From positions 512,001 through 576,000 of the forward strand of contig OY781964.1 of the NCBI GenBank assembly GCA_963677485.1: DNA of 64,000 nucleotides, read 5' to 3'. Made by a program: the position numbers and the translations under genes. The notes beneath the pieces were generated by a model. The model searched no databases, was not told the DNA's origin, and saw nothing but the letters and a program-made list of their open reading frames with translations. This document shows, one piece after another, positions 49,271-58,486 of the stretch. Numbering within the stretch: the stretch's first letter is position 1; every line of letters starts with the position of its first letter. This DNA comes from Armatimonadota bacterium (GTDB lineage: Bacteria > Armatimonadota > HRBIN16).

Positions 49271-49756
49271 CTACGCCTGATGAGGTGTGAACTTGCTCAC
49301 AAGCCAGCCGATTGGCAACACCAGCACGGTGTTATAGGCAGCCGTGCCCAGTGTGATATAGAGCCAGCGCAAGGAGGAGGTATGGGGGCTTAGTAGATAG
49401 AAGAAAGATTCACACAGCAATGTGCCGAGGAATGCGCAACCTGCCCACAATGCCGGATTTCCGCGAAAAATGCGGGCCTCCATACTGGCCAGCAGCATTG
49501 CGAGAGCTGTTCGGGTTATGATAAAGCTGCCCAGCGAGACGCCCACCAGAGAGCCGGTTAGCCAGCCAACCAGGAACCCCCAGACGGCGGCTTGTTCAAA
49601 ATGGCTGTTCACACCAATGGCTACCACGCACACCAGCAGCAGATCCGGCTGCACGCCTTTAATGGCAATAAGCTGGGTGAGGTTGCCTTGAAGGGCGGCG
49701 GCTATAACCACCAGCAGCAGAAGTTTGGGCCAAAGAGGCAGTTTGAAGCGGCTCAT
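49271..49756 (-). CDS. mreD: rod shape-determining protein MreD
   Basis: Hydrophobic protein with QPDLLLV; follows mreC. Confidence 0.85.
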   Translation of the reverse strand: MSRFKLPLWPKLLLLVVIAAALQGNLTQLIAIKGVQPDLLLVCVVAIGVNSHFEQAAVWGFLVGWLTGSLVGVSLGSFIITRTALAMLLASMEARIFRGNPALWAGCAFLGTLLCESFFYLLSPHTSSLRWLYITLGTAAYNTVLVLPIGWLVSKFTPHQA

Positions 49757-50586
49757 TATAAACCTGAAGGCAGCACGTAGAATATGTCAACCCGGCGCGG
49801 GTTCACGAAAGGCTGAATGACGGCTTCGCGCATCCCAGCCTCTTTCATCTCAGCACGGCTTTGCACCACGCCAATGGGCAGTCCCTTGGGGTATAAACCG
49901 CCCTCACCGCTGCTCACCACCACATCACCCACGCGGACATCGGCATCCTTCTCTAGGTAGGTCAACACGATACTGTCAGTCCCGCGGCCTTTACAGACTC
50001 CCAAGGCGCGGCTCTCCTGCCGCTGCACACGTCCCGCTACCGCGGCGTTGGGGTCCGTTATTAATAGTACCGTCGAGGTCTTGTTGGTCACACTCTCAAC
50101 GATACCCACAACACCGCCTTCAGCAGCCACGATAGAACGAGGCTTAATGCCATGATCACTGCCTTTGTTCAATATGATGCTGTGGAAATAGTTGCTGGGG
50201 CGTATAGAGAGCGGTTCTGTGACGATGGGTTGGGGTTTGGTTGACTGCATAATGGCCAAAGCTCGCCGGAGAGATTCATTCTCGATGCTAAGCTCTGTCA
50301 AACGGATTTTCTCTGTATCCAACGCCGCCATCCGCTGGTGAAGGCTCCGGTTTTCCGTACTCAGGGCGCGTGCATGAACAAACCCATAGCTAAAATCGAC
50401 AGTAGCCTGCTGTACAGTGTGAGTCAATTTTTGAAATGGGGCCACGATTCGGGCCCAGGGTTGTGCGCTTTTGTCGTTCGTGCCTGTCGTAAGGGCACTG
50501 TTATGCAGAGCACCCAGCACCATGGCTGCGATCACCAGCACCACAATTAGCCAAAACCGACCACTACGCCACACAGGCTCATTCAC
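49756..50586 (-). CDS. mreC: rod shape-determining protein MreC
   Basis: TM segment plus coiled coil; ILNKGSDHGI and SGEGGLYPKGLPIG. Confidence 0.92.
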   Translation of the reverse strand: MNEPVWRSGRFWLIVVLVIAAMVLGALHNSALTTGTNDKSAQPWARIVAPFQKLTHTVQQATVDFSYGFVHARALSTENRSLHQRMAALDTEKIRLTELSIENESLRRALAIMQSTKPQPIVTEPLSIRPSNYFHSIILNKGSDHGIKPRSIVAAEGGVVGIVESVTNKTSTVLLITDPNAAVAGRVQRQESRALGVCKGRGTDSIVLTYLEKDADVRVGDVVVSSGEGGLYPKGLPIGVVQSRAEMKEAGMREAVIQPFVNPRRVDIFYVLPSGL

Positions 50587-50604
50587 GGAAACGCCTCCGT
50601 TGGG

Positions 50605-51648
50605 TTACTTTGCCGCGCTAATCAGCACTTTTCGCAGTTGTGTGTTGTGTTCCAGTTCTTCTAGCATATGCCCTGTTCCATTCGCTACACAGCTAAGCGG
50701 GTCATCGGCTATTAACACAGGCATGCCTGTCTCAATGTGAATCAAGTTATCTAGCCCGCGCAATAGTGCTCCACCACCCGCCAGCATAATACCATGGTGC
50801 ATGATATCAGCCGCCAGCTCAGGAGGAGTCTCCTCGAGGCACTGTTTGACAACTTCCACGATCTTGTTGACAGGTTCAGAAATGGCCGCCCGAATCTCTT
50901 CGCTGGTCACTGTGGTGGCTCGAGGTAAACCGGATATCAGGTCGCGTCCGCGGATTTCCATCTCTTGCTCTTGCCCATTGGGGTAGGCTGAGCCGATGGT
51001 CATCTTGATCTCTTCCGCGGTTCGGTCGCCGATATACAAATTGTGTTGGCGGCGCACAAACGCCACAATAGCATCATCGATCTTGTCGCCGGCTGTGCGC
51101 TCACTTTTGGGAGCAACAATACCGCTGAGGGAGATCACAGCCACTTCGGTGGTTCCGCCGCCAATGTCCACGATCATGCTGCCTGTGGCTTCGGATACCG
51201 GTAAGCCTGCTCCAATGGCGGCCGCCATCGGCTCTTCCAGCAGATAGGCCTCACGGGCCCCAGCCTTACGGGCTGCACTCACAACTGCGCGCTGCTCCAC
51301 ATCGGTGGCACCACTGGGGATGCCAATCACCATTCTGGGGGCGGCCCAACTGCGGCGGTGAACTCTCTGGATGAAGTAGCGCAGCATCTGTTCGGTTTGT
51401 TCAAAATCTGCAATCACACCGTCTTTTAAGGGGCGGATGGCCTGGATGGAGCCTGGTGTTCGTCCGAGCATGCGCTTAGCCTCATTACCCACGGCTAGCA
51501 CTTTACGGGTGTCACTCTCGATCGCGACCACAGACGGCTCGCGTAACACTATACCGCGACCGCGTACATGCACAACTGTATTGGCTGTGCCGAGGTCGAT
51601 ACCCATATCTCGTGAGAAGTTAGCGAACAGTTTGTTCCAGATCGACAT
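50605..51648 (-). CDS. mreB: actin-like protein MreB
   Basis: [23 protein letters not shown] and GGGALL. Confidence 0.97.
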   Translation of the reverse strand: MSIWNKLFANFSRDMGIDLGTANTVVHVRGRGIVLREPSVVAIESDTRKVLAVGNEAKRMLGRTPGSIQAIRPLKDGVIADFEQTEQMLRYFIQRVHRRSWAAPRMVIGIPSGATDVEQRAVVSAARKAGAREAYLLEEPMAAAIGAGLPVSEATGSMIVDIGGGTTEVAVISLSGIVAPKSERTAGDKIDDAIVAFVRRQHNLYIGDRTAEEIKMTIGSAYPNGQEQEMEIRGRDLISGLPRATTVTSEEIRAAISEPVNKIVEVVKQCLEETPPELAADIMHHGIMLAGGGALLRGLDNLIHIETGMPVLIADDPLSCVANGTGHMLEELEHNTQLRKVLISAAK

Positions 51649-51732
51649 GATCGTTATTATGATCCTCCAGGTGCCCTAAGGTGACCACTATATTATACAT
51701 GCACGAACCCTAATGGCGCAGAAAGGCTTCAA

Positions 51733-52107
51733 TCAGGCCGAGTCCCTGGTGGACACCGTCATCAGTGCGAGATATAATTCGCGGACTAGCACGATACTCC
51801 CGAGTATGTATGCTGCCTGCACCGGTGGACCTTCCGATGGTTTGTAATATGGTTCAGGTGTGTATATATTCGCCGATCCACTGCTATACTGGTTGGCAGT
51901 ATACAGCGCAATTGCTTCGTTCTTTACGCCGACGAAACAATACTTCCCATTAGGACCTACAGACACACCATACACGTTTTGAAACAGACCGCTGGCAAAA
52001 GGATACATGATGTGTTTTGTGGTCACATCCAGTATGCCGTTTTCCGGTAATTCGAATGCTTGTGTTGGATTATTGAAATTGTTATAATGTAACTCTTGCC
52101 TCTGCAA
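51733..52107 (-). pseudogene. fragment paralogous to the C-terminus of the TolB-like protein at 53373-55004
   Basis: ILDVTTKHIMYPFASGLFQNVYGVSVGPNGKYCFVG aligns with IIDSTTGVMTYPFATNSFENADGVSAGPNDKFSFIG. Confidence 0.6.
52060..52088 (+). promoter_or_regulatory. sigma70-type promoter of rtcB
   Basis: TTGTGT (52060-52065), 17-bp spacer, TATAAT (52083-52088). Confidence 0.55.
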
Positions 52108-52167
52108 GACAGGTATCCAAACCTGATTTCACCTCCACTTAGGTGGAGTAGACCCCGAGGATACAAA

Positions 52168-53316
52168 ATGAAAGTGACTACCGTGGAGCATGGGCTCCCC
52201 ATCAAAAGCTGGTGCAGCGAACCCGAAGAGGGCACCATCGAACAAGCTCGCCATTTAGCACTGCTGCCCTTCGCATTCAAACATATCGCCTTGATGCCAG
52301 ATGCGCATCAAGGTTATGGAATGCCCATCGGCGGTGTGTTGGCTACAGAATCGGTAGTGATCCCAAATGCAGTGGGCAAAGACATCGGCTGCGGCATGTG
52401 CGCGGTCAGGCTCCATCGGTCGGAGATCACGGTTGACGAACTTAAGGGGCTGTTGACGGAGATACGCAACCAAATTCCGTTAGGCTTCAACAACCACAAA
52501 TCGCCGCAGGACGAATGCACTATGCCCCAAATACCCGTGCCTGCTGGCGCTATCGTGCAAAGAGAATATGCCCACGCGCGGTGTGCGGTGGGCACCCTGG
52601 GTGGTGGTAATCACTTCATCGAAATACAGAGAGGCGATGATGGTTCCATCTGGTTGATGCTTCACTCCGGCTCCAGAAACCTGGGTCTGCAGGTCGCAGA
52701 TCACTACAACAAGATCGCGATTGAGATGAATGAGCGTTGGCACAGTGCGGTACCTAAGGAACACCAGTTGGCGTTCCTTCCGCTAGACACCGACATGGCC
52801 CAAAGCTACATGCAGGAGATGCAGTATTGTGTGGAATTCGCCCTTTCTAACCGCCATCTGATGGTACAGCGGATTCTGCAGATCGTCGGCTGCGGACATG
52901 ATGAGATCATCAACATCGCACACAATTATGCGGTTGAGGAAGAGCACTTTGGTCACAAGGTGATGGTGCATCGTAAAGGGGCCACCCTTGCCACCAAGCA
53001 GACTGTGGGCATCATACCTGGAAGCCAGGGCAGCTCATCATACATCGTCAAGGGTCTTGGGTGCAGAGACAGCTTCTTCTCTTGTTCACACGGTGCTGGC
53101 AGAAAAATTGGGAGGAAAGAGGCCATGCGGTCACTGAACCTGCAAGCCGAGATCGATGCCCTTGACTATAAAGGCATCCTTCACGCCATACGAAATGTTG
53201 GCGACCTGGATGAAGCACCGGGCGCCTATAAAGACATCGATGTGGTGATGGCGGAGCAAAAAGAGCTGGTAGAGGTGGTAGTTAAACTGCAGCCTCTGGC
53301 TGTCATAAAAGGCTAA
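52168..53316 (+). CDS. rtcB: RNA-splicing ligase RtcB
   Basis: MPDAHQGYGMPIGG, DIGCGM, GTLGGGNHFIE, HSGSR, HNY, HRKGA, SHGAGR and DEAPGAYK; ATG 52168 follows GAGG. Confidence 0.95.
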   Translation: MKVTTVEHGLPIKSWCSEPEEGTIEQARHLALLPFAFKHIALMPDAHQGYGMPIGGVLATESVVIPNAVGKDIGCGMCAVRLHRSEITVDELKGLLTEIRNQIPLGFNNHKSPQDECTMPQIPVPAGAIVQREYAHARCAVGTLGGGNHFIEIQRGDDGSIWLMLHSGSRNLGLQVADHYNKIAIEMNERWHSAVPKEHQLAFLPLDTDMAQSYMQEMQYCVEFALSNRHLMVQRILQIVGCGHDEIINIAHNYAVEEEHFGHKVMVHRKGATLATKQTVGIIPGSQGSSSYIVKGLGCRDSFFSCSHGAGRKIGRKEAMRSLNLQAEIDALDYKGILHAIRNVGDLDEAPGAYKDIDVVMAEQKELVEVVVKLQPLAVIKG

Positions 53317-53325
53317 GAACACGCT

Positions 53326-53364
53326 CAGTCGGCGGCTTTCCCAAGCCGCCGGCTGTTTTTGTTT
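53326..53364 (+). terminator. intrinsic terminator after rtcB
   Basis: CAGTCGGCGGCTT-TCCC-AAGCCGCCGGCTG followed by TTTTTGTTT. Confidence 0.8.
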
Positions 53365-53372
53365 CTAATCAC

Positions 53373-55004
53373 CTAGTTGGGTACTTCCGGTGGGTATATC
53401 TGCGTCAGATCACTTCCATATGGTGTGCAAGTGAACAGGCTATATTGGCCATCGTGTTTGCCGATGAAGCTGAACTTGTCGTTAGGGCCAGCCGATACAC
53501 CATCGGCGTTCTCAAACGAGTTTGTTGCAAATGGGTATGTCATAACGCCTGTGGTCGAATCGATAATGCTGATTTCCAAAGCAGCGCCAGAGTTGGTTCT
53601 GAAGCTATTCGGTGCGATGATTTGGGAGCCGTCCAGGGTGTAGCAGGGGCTACCAAATACCTTACCGTAAATCAACTCACTGGTATACGCCATATAGTAG
53701 GTGTTGTCTGGTGATTTGGTCCACAGCTTGGCATCGCCATTATAGGCCTCTACATAGAGAATGCGATCCGGGTATTTACCTACCGCAGCCTGATAGCTGG
53801 GCTGCTCTTCAGATGCGGTGTGGTTCGGGATGTGGGTCATCTCTCCGCCGGTGATGGGTATGGTGTACAGGTTAGCTGGGTTGTTCGCTGCAAGCGACTT
53901 CTCAAACAGCACGGTGTTGGCATTCATGAACATCGGATGACCGCTGCGTGCCCCCACCAACTCCGTGAGTCCACTGCCGTCAGCGTTGATCTTCATGATG
54001 TGGCAGTCTGTCCAGAAATTCGGACCGCGGTCTTCAAACACAATGGTGTTGAGGTCTGGTGACACATCAAACCGGATGATGTTCTTGCCAATAGACGTAT
54101 ACTTCGCGAACTGGCTGCCATCAGGCTTGACCCGATAGATATCCAGATTGCCATCGACACCGCCGGCAAAGAATATCCATTGGTCGTTCGTGTTCGATTT
54201 CCAAACTGAACAGCGCATCAATGTAATTGTGGGAGTTGGGTTGTAGACCACTACCGTCATCCATGGCGATGTCAGGTTATCCATAGATACACGCACTGTG
54301 GGGCTGCCAGTCGCCACACCGTATGCTTCACCGTCCTGGAACCGCAGCATCTCCGGTAGAACTGGGCGTGCTTCCATAGCTCCCACTGCTGGTGCCCCTA
54401 CTTCCCACTTCACAGAGCCGGGTGTGATGGCGACCACCGATCCTTGAGCACTGCGGGCAACGAAGCTGAGCACTTTGTGCTCCCCTACTGCGATGGTTTG
54501 GCTGGCTTGTACCTCTAGACTGGTGATGACCTGGCTGATGGCGATACTACCCATGCCCGTGCCATCATCCATGATCTGCACCACGTAATCGGCTGTGCCA
54601 ACGACGGACCCTGCGCCACTCGCCTCACTAGTGAAGCTGATGACTACGCGCCACTTCTGCGCAGGCACCTGTTCAGGCGAGACCCAATGCTGGATATACG
54701 CCGCCGGGTCTGTCTGCCGGTTGATGATCCACTGGTATACTGGTTCCGCTTGTTGTTCGGTCGTGTTTAGCACTGGGTTGTGGTTGCCGGCTAATATCCC
54801 TGAATCTGGGTTGTACAATACAGGTCGGTAGAGTTGGATTTTCAAACTGAGAGCAGCGGCCGGGGCTTGTATCGCACGGCCCCTCTCAGCCCAGTTGATG
54901 TCTAGACGAATGTGGGTTTCGGGGGTCACACTGTTGCCCCCGCAGCCGGATAGTAGTGGGAGTAGAAAAAGCGGTATTGCGACGATGATCCATTTGGCAC
55001 GCAT
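53373..55004 (-). CDS. lipoprotein with a C-terminal TolB-like (PD40) beta-propeller
   Basis: Lipobox LSGC; DIYRVKPDGS, VSPDLNTIVF and IMKINADGSGLTEL repeats. Confidence 0.75.
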   Translation of the reverse strand: MRAKWIIVAIPLFLLPLLSGCGGNSVTPETHIRLDINWAERGRAIQAPAAALSLKIQLYRPVLYNPDSGILAGNHNPVLNTTEQQAEPVYQWIINRQTDPAAYIQHWVSPEQVPAQKWRVVISFTSEASGAGSVVGTADYVVQIMDDGTGMGSIAISQVITSLEVQASQTIAVGEHKVLSFVARSAQGSVVAITPGSVKWEVGAPAVGAMEARPVLPEMLRFQDGEAYGVATGSPTVRVSMDNLTSPWMTVVVYNPTPTITLMRCSVWKSNTNDQWIFFAGGVDGNLDIYRVKPDGSQFAKYTSIGKNIIRFDVSPDLNTIVFEDRGPNFWTDCHIMKINADGSGLTELVGARSGHPMFMNANTVLFEKSLAANNPANLYTIPITGGEMTHIPNHTASEEQPSYQAAVGKYPDRILYVEAYNGDAKLWTKSPDNTYYMAYTSELIYGKVFGSPCYTLDGSQIIAPNSFRTNSGAALEISIIDSTTGVMTYPFATNSFENADGVSAGPNDKFSFIGKHDGQYSLFTCTPYGSDLTQIYPPEVPN

Positions 55005-55146
55005 AGCCGTCTGTTCTCCTTCATGCCTGATCGAATTGTTCACCCGTCTTGTGCAACTACTGGCTGGTGATGCCCTAATTATAGCATGTAAGGATGCGGA
55101 TATAGTATGTGTTTAATGGCAGAATTACGAGTATTTTAGGCAGGTT

Positions 55147-55596
55147 TTAAGCCATGTTTACAATGGCGGAAGGGGTTATCGGGGTGATTGCAGAGTAACG
55201 GATAAAATCATCGGTATTGTACGTAAGTATGTACTGGATGTCATACGCGCCCATCACTGCGAAAAGGCGGGCATCATGCGCCTGCTTCCCAAGAACCCTA
55301 TGTTTTGTCACGACTTGCTGCCAACGGTCAGCCATATCAGCGGGTTCGATGAGGCATGGAAATACGGCACGGATTTCTAGTAATTCCATCAAAGCTTCTC
55401 GATATCCGAGGCCCAAACCATTCACGTTAGCAGGTCGAGTTGCCACCACCCAGAATTCAGTAAGCACTTGGGCACAAACACATAATGTCTTCCCGCGCCC
55501 AAAGAGATTATCAACTGCATCTATACATTCTCGATGACGTATATTAGATTGATCACGAAGCCTGATGAGTATGTTGGTGTCGATCAGATAGCTCAT
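55147..55596 (-). CDS. PIN-domain (VapC-like) toxin
   Basis: YLIDTNIL, EFWVVATRP, HDARL and LTYNTDDF. Confidence 0.9.
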   Translation of the reverse strand: MSYLIDTNILIRLRDQSNIRHRECIDAVDNLFGRGKTLCVCAQVLTEFWVVATRPANVNGLGLGYREALMELLEIRAVFPCLIEPADMADRWQQVVTKHRVLGKQAHDARLFAVMGAYDIQYILTYNTDDFIRYSAITPITPSAIVNMA

Positions 55597-55829
55597 ACAC
55601 GATCTTCATATAGGTTCTCACGCCGTAGTGCCTCATCTGATATGGACAGACCTGTTATCGCGGATTGCTTCATGCGGTCCCATGCTTGTTTGGCCGTTTC
55701 TGGATCCCACGGAAGATACACAGGCATCTGTCTCAGTGATAACTCTAAAGGCTCATTGACAGGCAAGTCAACTGGTTGATCCGGGATGATTGCCTTCCCA
55801 TCAAAGTGTGCTCGTATTGTGATGGACAT
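55593..55829 (-). CDS. putative antitoxin (AF2212/DUF104-like)
   Basis: IRAHFDGKAIIPDQPVDLP ... LRRENLYED; ATGA overlap with the PIN gene; strong SD. Confidence 0.75.
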   Translation of the reverse strand: MSITIRAHFDGKAIIPDQPVDLPVNEPLELSLRQMPVYLPWDPETAKQAWDRMKQSAITGLSISDEALRRENLYEDRV

Positions 55830-55913
55830 ATCTCCCACCTCCGTCATCATTATGACATATGATGCAGACAGGAATACCTTTAATGTCAAACACAAGACAG
55901 TAGAGTTGGTAGT

Positions 55914-55953
55914 CAACACCAGTCAGACGGGTTACCCCCTCTGACTGGTGTTG
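55914..55953. terminator. stable hairpin after the propeller gene
   Basis: 13-bp stem CAACACCAGTCAG / CTGACTGGTGTTG; no clear U-tract on the minus strand. Confidence 0.4.
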
Positions 55954-55959
55954 TTTCGC

Positions 55960-57153
55960 CTACTTTATCGTGAGGAACAACTCGCCCAGCCCGATTTCGG
56001 AATAGAAGATCTCCGGTGCGACCGGCGTTTCGGCGCAGGTGCCGCCATACAGCACACGGTAGGTGTTCGCAGCCGTCTTCTGCAGCTCACCGGTTCCGTC
56101 TATCGTGCTCATCCCCAGGAAATAGCAGTTCTTGTATTTCTTGGGATCCGTACTTCCCGCCAGAAGCACGGGACCATCCGAACCGTCCATCTGCCAGTCC
56201 AACCCGTCCCGTGACACCTGCATACTGGGCACGCTGCGGCCAGACTTGTCTCCCGTGAAGGTCACCCTCAGGAACAACGGGGCTCCACCCACATTACGGA
56301 TGTAGCCAATCTGGTTTCCAAGCTGAGCAAACCCCGCCGGTCCCTCGTGTTGATTCCAGTCAAAGGTGTATGGGTCGGCGGACCGTATACGGTAATAACC
56401 CGTCCAACCTTCTTTACGGTTCACTCCCACATACATCCAAAACGGCTTACCGTCCTTGTCCCAAGGCACATAGATCATCTCTTCGTGATGCAGGGCCGTG
56501 GTCTCTGGTTGGTCCAGGTTTACCAGCACACCGCGCTTCTTGCTCTGCAGCTCCCAGTTGTCGCCGTCTTTGCTGGTGAACAGCACGATGCGGTCTACGC
56601 CGCGCGGCTCCAGCTCACCGGGCAGTGATGGGCCGGCCATGCCTTGAATCTGGGCATACATATAATAAGTGCCCTTCACACGCATCACTTCCGCTTCCAG
56701 ACAGTTGCTGGCGTTCCAAACTGCCGGGTTACCCGATTCGGCTGGGAAGTAAAACTCGGGGCGGTCCTTGTTCATCTTCCAAGTGAATGGTGCACCGGTC
56801 TTGCTTTGGTGCTGCAGCACATGGTCACCATCAGCGTTCTTCACGCCTTTACGCAGCCAGCGTCCGCCGGTATACATTCTGTACATGCCCTTGGTGGAAT
56901 CCCAGATGATATGCACACTATAGTCATATGCAGGTTCACCATCGGTAGTGGGTCTGTTGATGGCAGCGTTGTATCCAAAGAATCGGCTCTTGTAGTTCAC
57001 GGTCAAGTTGCCAAGAGTTTTGTATACCAGTGTCTGCTCCTTGAAAGCCGGTGTCTTCTGAGCGATACTTTTGGGCTGCTTAGGAGCAGCAAACAAGCAC
57101 GTTGAGGCAAGCAGAAGTCCACATGCCACGAGACGAACATATTTCGATGTCAT
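55960..57153 (-). CDS. secreted beta-propeller glycosidase-like protein
   Basis: Signal peptide from MTSKYVR; blade motifs TSKDGDNW, SADPYTF and SRDGLDW. Confidence 0.6.
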   Translation of the reverse strand: MTSKYVRLVACGLLLASTCLFAAPKQPKSIAQKTPAFKEQTLVYKTLGNLTVNYKSRFFGYNAAINRPTTDGEPAYDYSVHIIWDSTKGMYRMYTGGRWLRKGVKNADGDHVLQHQSKTGAPFTWKMNKDRPEFYFPAESGNPAVWNASNCLEAEVMRVKGTYYMYAQIQGMAGPSLPGELEPRGVDRIVLFTSKDGDNWELQSKKRGVLVNLDQPETTALHHEEMIYVPWDKDGKPFWMYVGVNRKEGWTGYYRIRSADPYTFDWNQHEGPAGFAQLGNQIGYIRNVGGAPLFLRVTFTGDKSGRSVPSMQVSRDGLDWQMDGSDGPVLLAGSTDPKKYKNCYFLGMSTIDGTGELQKTAANTYRVLYGGTCAETPVAPEIFYSEIGLGELFLTIK

Positions 57154-57155
57154 AT

Positions 57156-58361
57156 CTACCCTCTCTTTTTCCAGAACGACAGATTGGTGGTCAGGCTGTA
57201 CATCGCCAGCCCTCCGCATATGATCACTGTAATACCCATGATGCCAGGTGCCATCACCTTCCATAATAGCTCATGCTGTGCAAAAAGACTTCCGCATCCC
57301 ACGCAAAAAGCGCCGATACCGATGCCCAGCCCAATCACAGCCTCATGACCGCCGCCATGCTCGCCTTTTGTTTCGCTGCCCGCCATACTGTAGAACAGGC
57401 TCGCTTGATACCCCATGGCCAGACAGAAGCCCAGAATGACCTGCCCGATCATATGGATATAGATATTCGGGGCCAGCATCATGATGAGGAGAGCGACTGC
57501 CAAACCGAAGTAGCTGCTGAGCAGCATGGGAACATGGTAACACCAGCCCTTCCAGCGTCCAAACAGCACAAAACAGGACAGACGGACCAGGAAGAACACA
57601 CTCAAGAACATCGAACTGGTCTCCAGGTTCAGGTGCATTTTGTTGGCAAACTGCGGCGTCAACAATGCACAAATGGTCAGGATGACATACCCCATCGGGT
57701 TGAATATCCAGCCCAGCCGTCGGAATATCTTGCGGTCCTTCGCAGTCAGCCGATATCCATCATTGGTCTCAACCGGGTGTTGGGTGTCAGGGATCTGCAG
57801 GAATTTCTTCATAAACGCGATGGAAAGCACCAAAGCCAGGATGCACATCAGCGTCGGCACACCAAACAACCCGCGGGCGGCGAAGTTCGGCCCGCCATAC
57901 GACGCAAGTTTGCTGGTGAAGAAGAACGCCGTGGCGGAACCACCGGCCCATCCCAGGTTATACTTCAGCACATTCCGTTGCACACCAGCGTTATTTTCAC
58001 CGCGCATTAATGTGGATTCGGTGGCTGGCCATATAAAGTTCGGGAATATTCCGGTTAACAATAGTGCCAGGTTAAGGTTCCAGCCAGCCGGTGCGAATAT
58101 CCCGACAAGAGCGGCTAGAAGCGTTCCCGCCAAGCCCAGGTTCAGGCTGCGGTCAGCACCGTACTTTTCGACGAATTTCCCGCCATAAACAGCCGAAATG
58201 GCGATCCCGACTCCGAACGCCATTTGCCAGACGGACATCTGCCAGATGGTCCACCTATGTTGCTCCGCATAGTAAGGTTGTCCATACATCATCAGCGTTG
58301 TGGCGATATTAACGAAAAATCCTATAGCTGTGATCAACCATTTGGAAGGTGTTTTGTGCAT
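57156..58361 (-). CDS. MFS transporter
   Basis: About 12 hydrophobic segments; GKFVEKYGAD motif-A-like loop. Confidence 0.85.
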   Translation of the reverse strand: MHKTPSKWLITAIGFFVNIATTLMMYGQPYYAEQHRWTIWQMSVWQMAFGVGIAISAVYGGKFVEKYGADRSLNLGLAGTLLAALVGIFAPAGWNLNLALLLTGIFPNFIWPATESTLMRGENNAGVQRNVLKYNLGWAGGSATAFFFTSKLASYGGPNFAARGLFGVPTLMCILALVLSIAFMKKFLQIPDTQHPVETNDGYRLTAKDRKIFRRLGWIFNPMGYVILTICALLTPQFANKMHLNLETSSMFLSVFFLVRLSCFVLFGRWKGWCYHVPMLLSSYFGLAVALLIMMLAPNIYIHMIGQVILGFCLAMGYQASLFYSMAGSETKGEHGGGHEAVIGLGIGIGAFCVGCGSLFAQHELLWKVMAPGIMGITVIICGGLAMYSLTTNLSFWKKRG

Positions 58362-58486
58362 ATGTGTGAAGTTAGCTTCCTTTCGAGATTCAGTTGTTAC
58401 CTTGTGTCAGTATACAGAATTGCCATATACTGACGTTGAGACAGCATTCATGATATACGTTTACGTTAAGGAGTCTCACCGAATTT

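Noticed and set aside
52094-52167. tRNA or hammerhead ribozyme upstream of rtcB
   Set aside because: No TTC T-loop or acceptor stem, and no CUGANGA/GAAA core.
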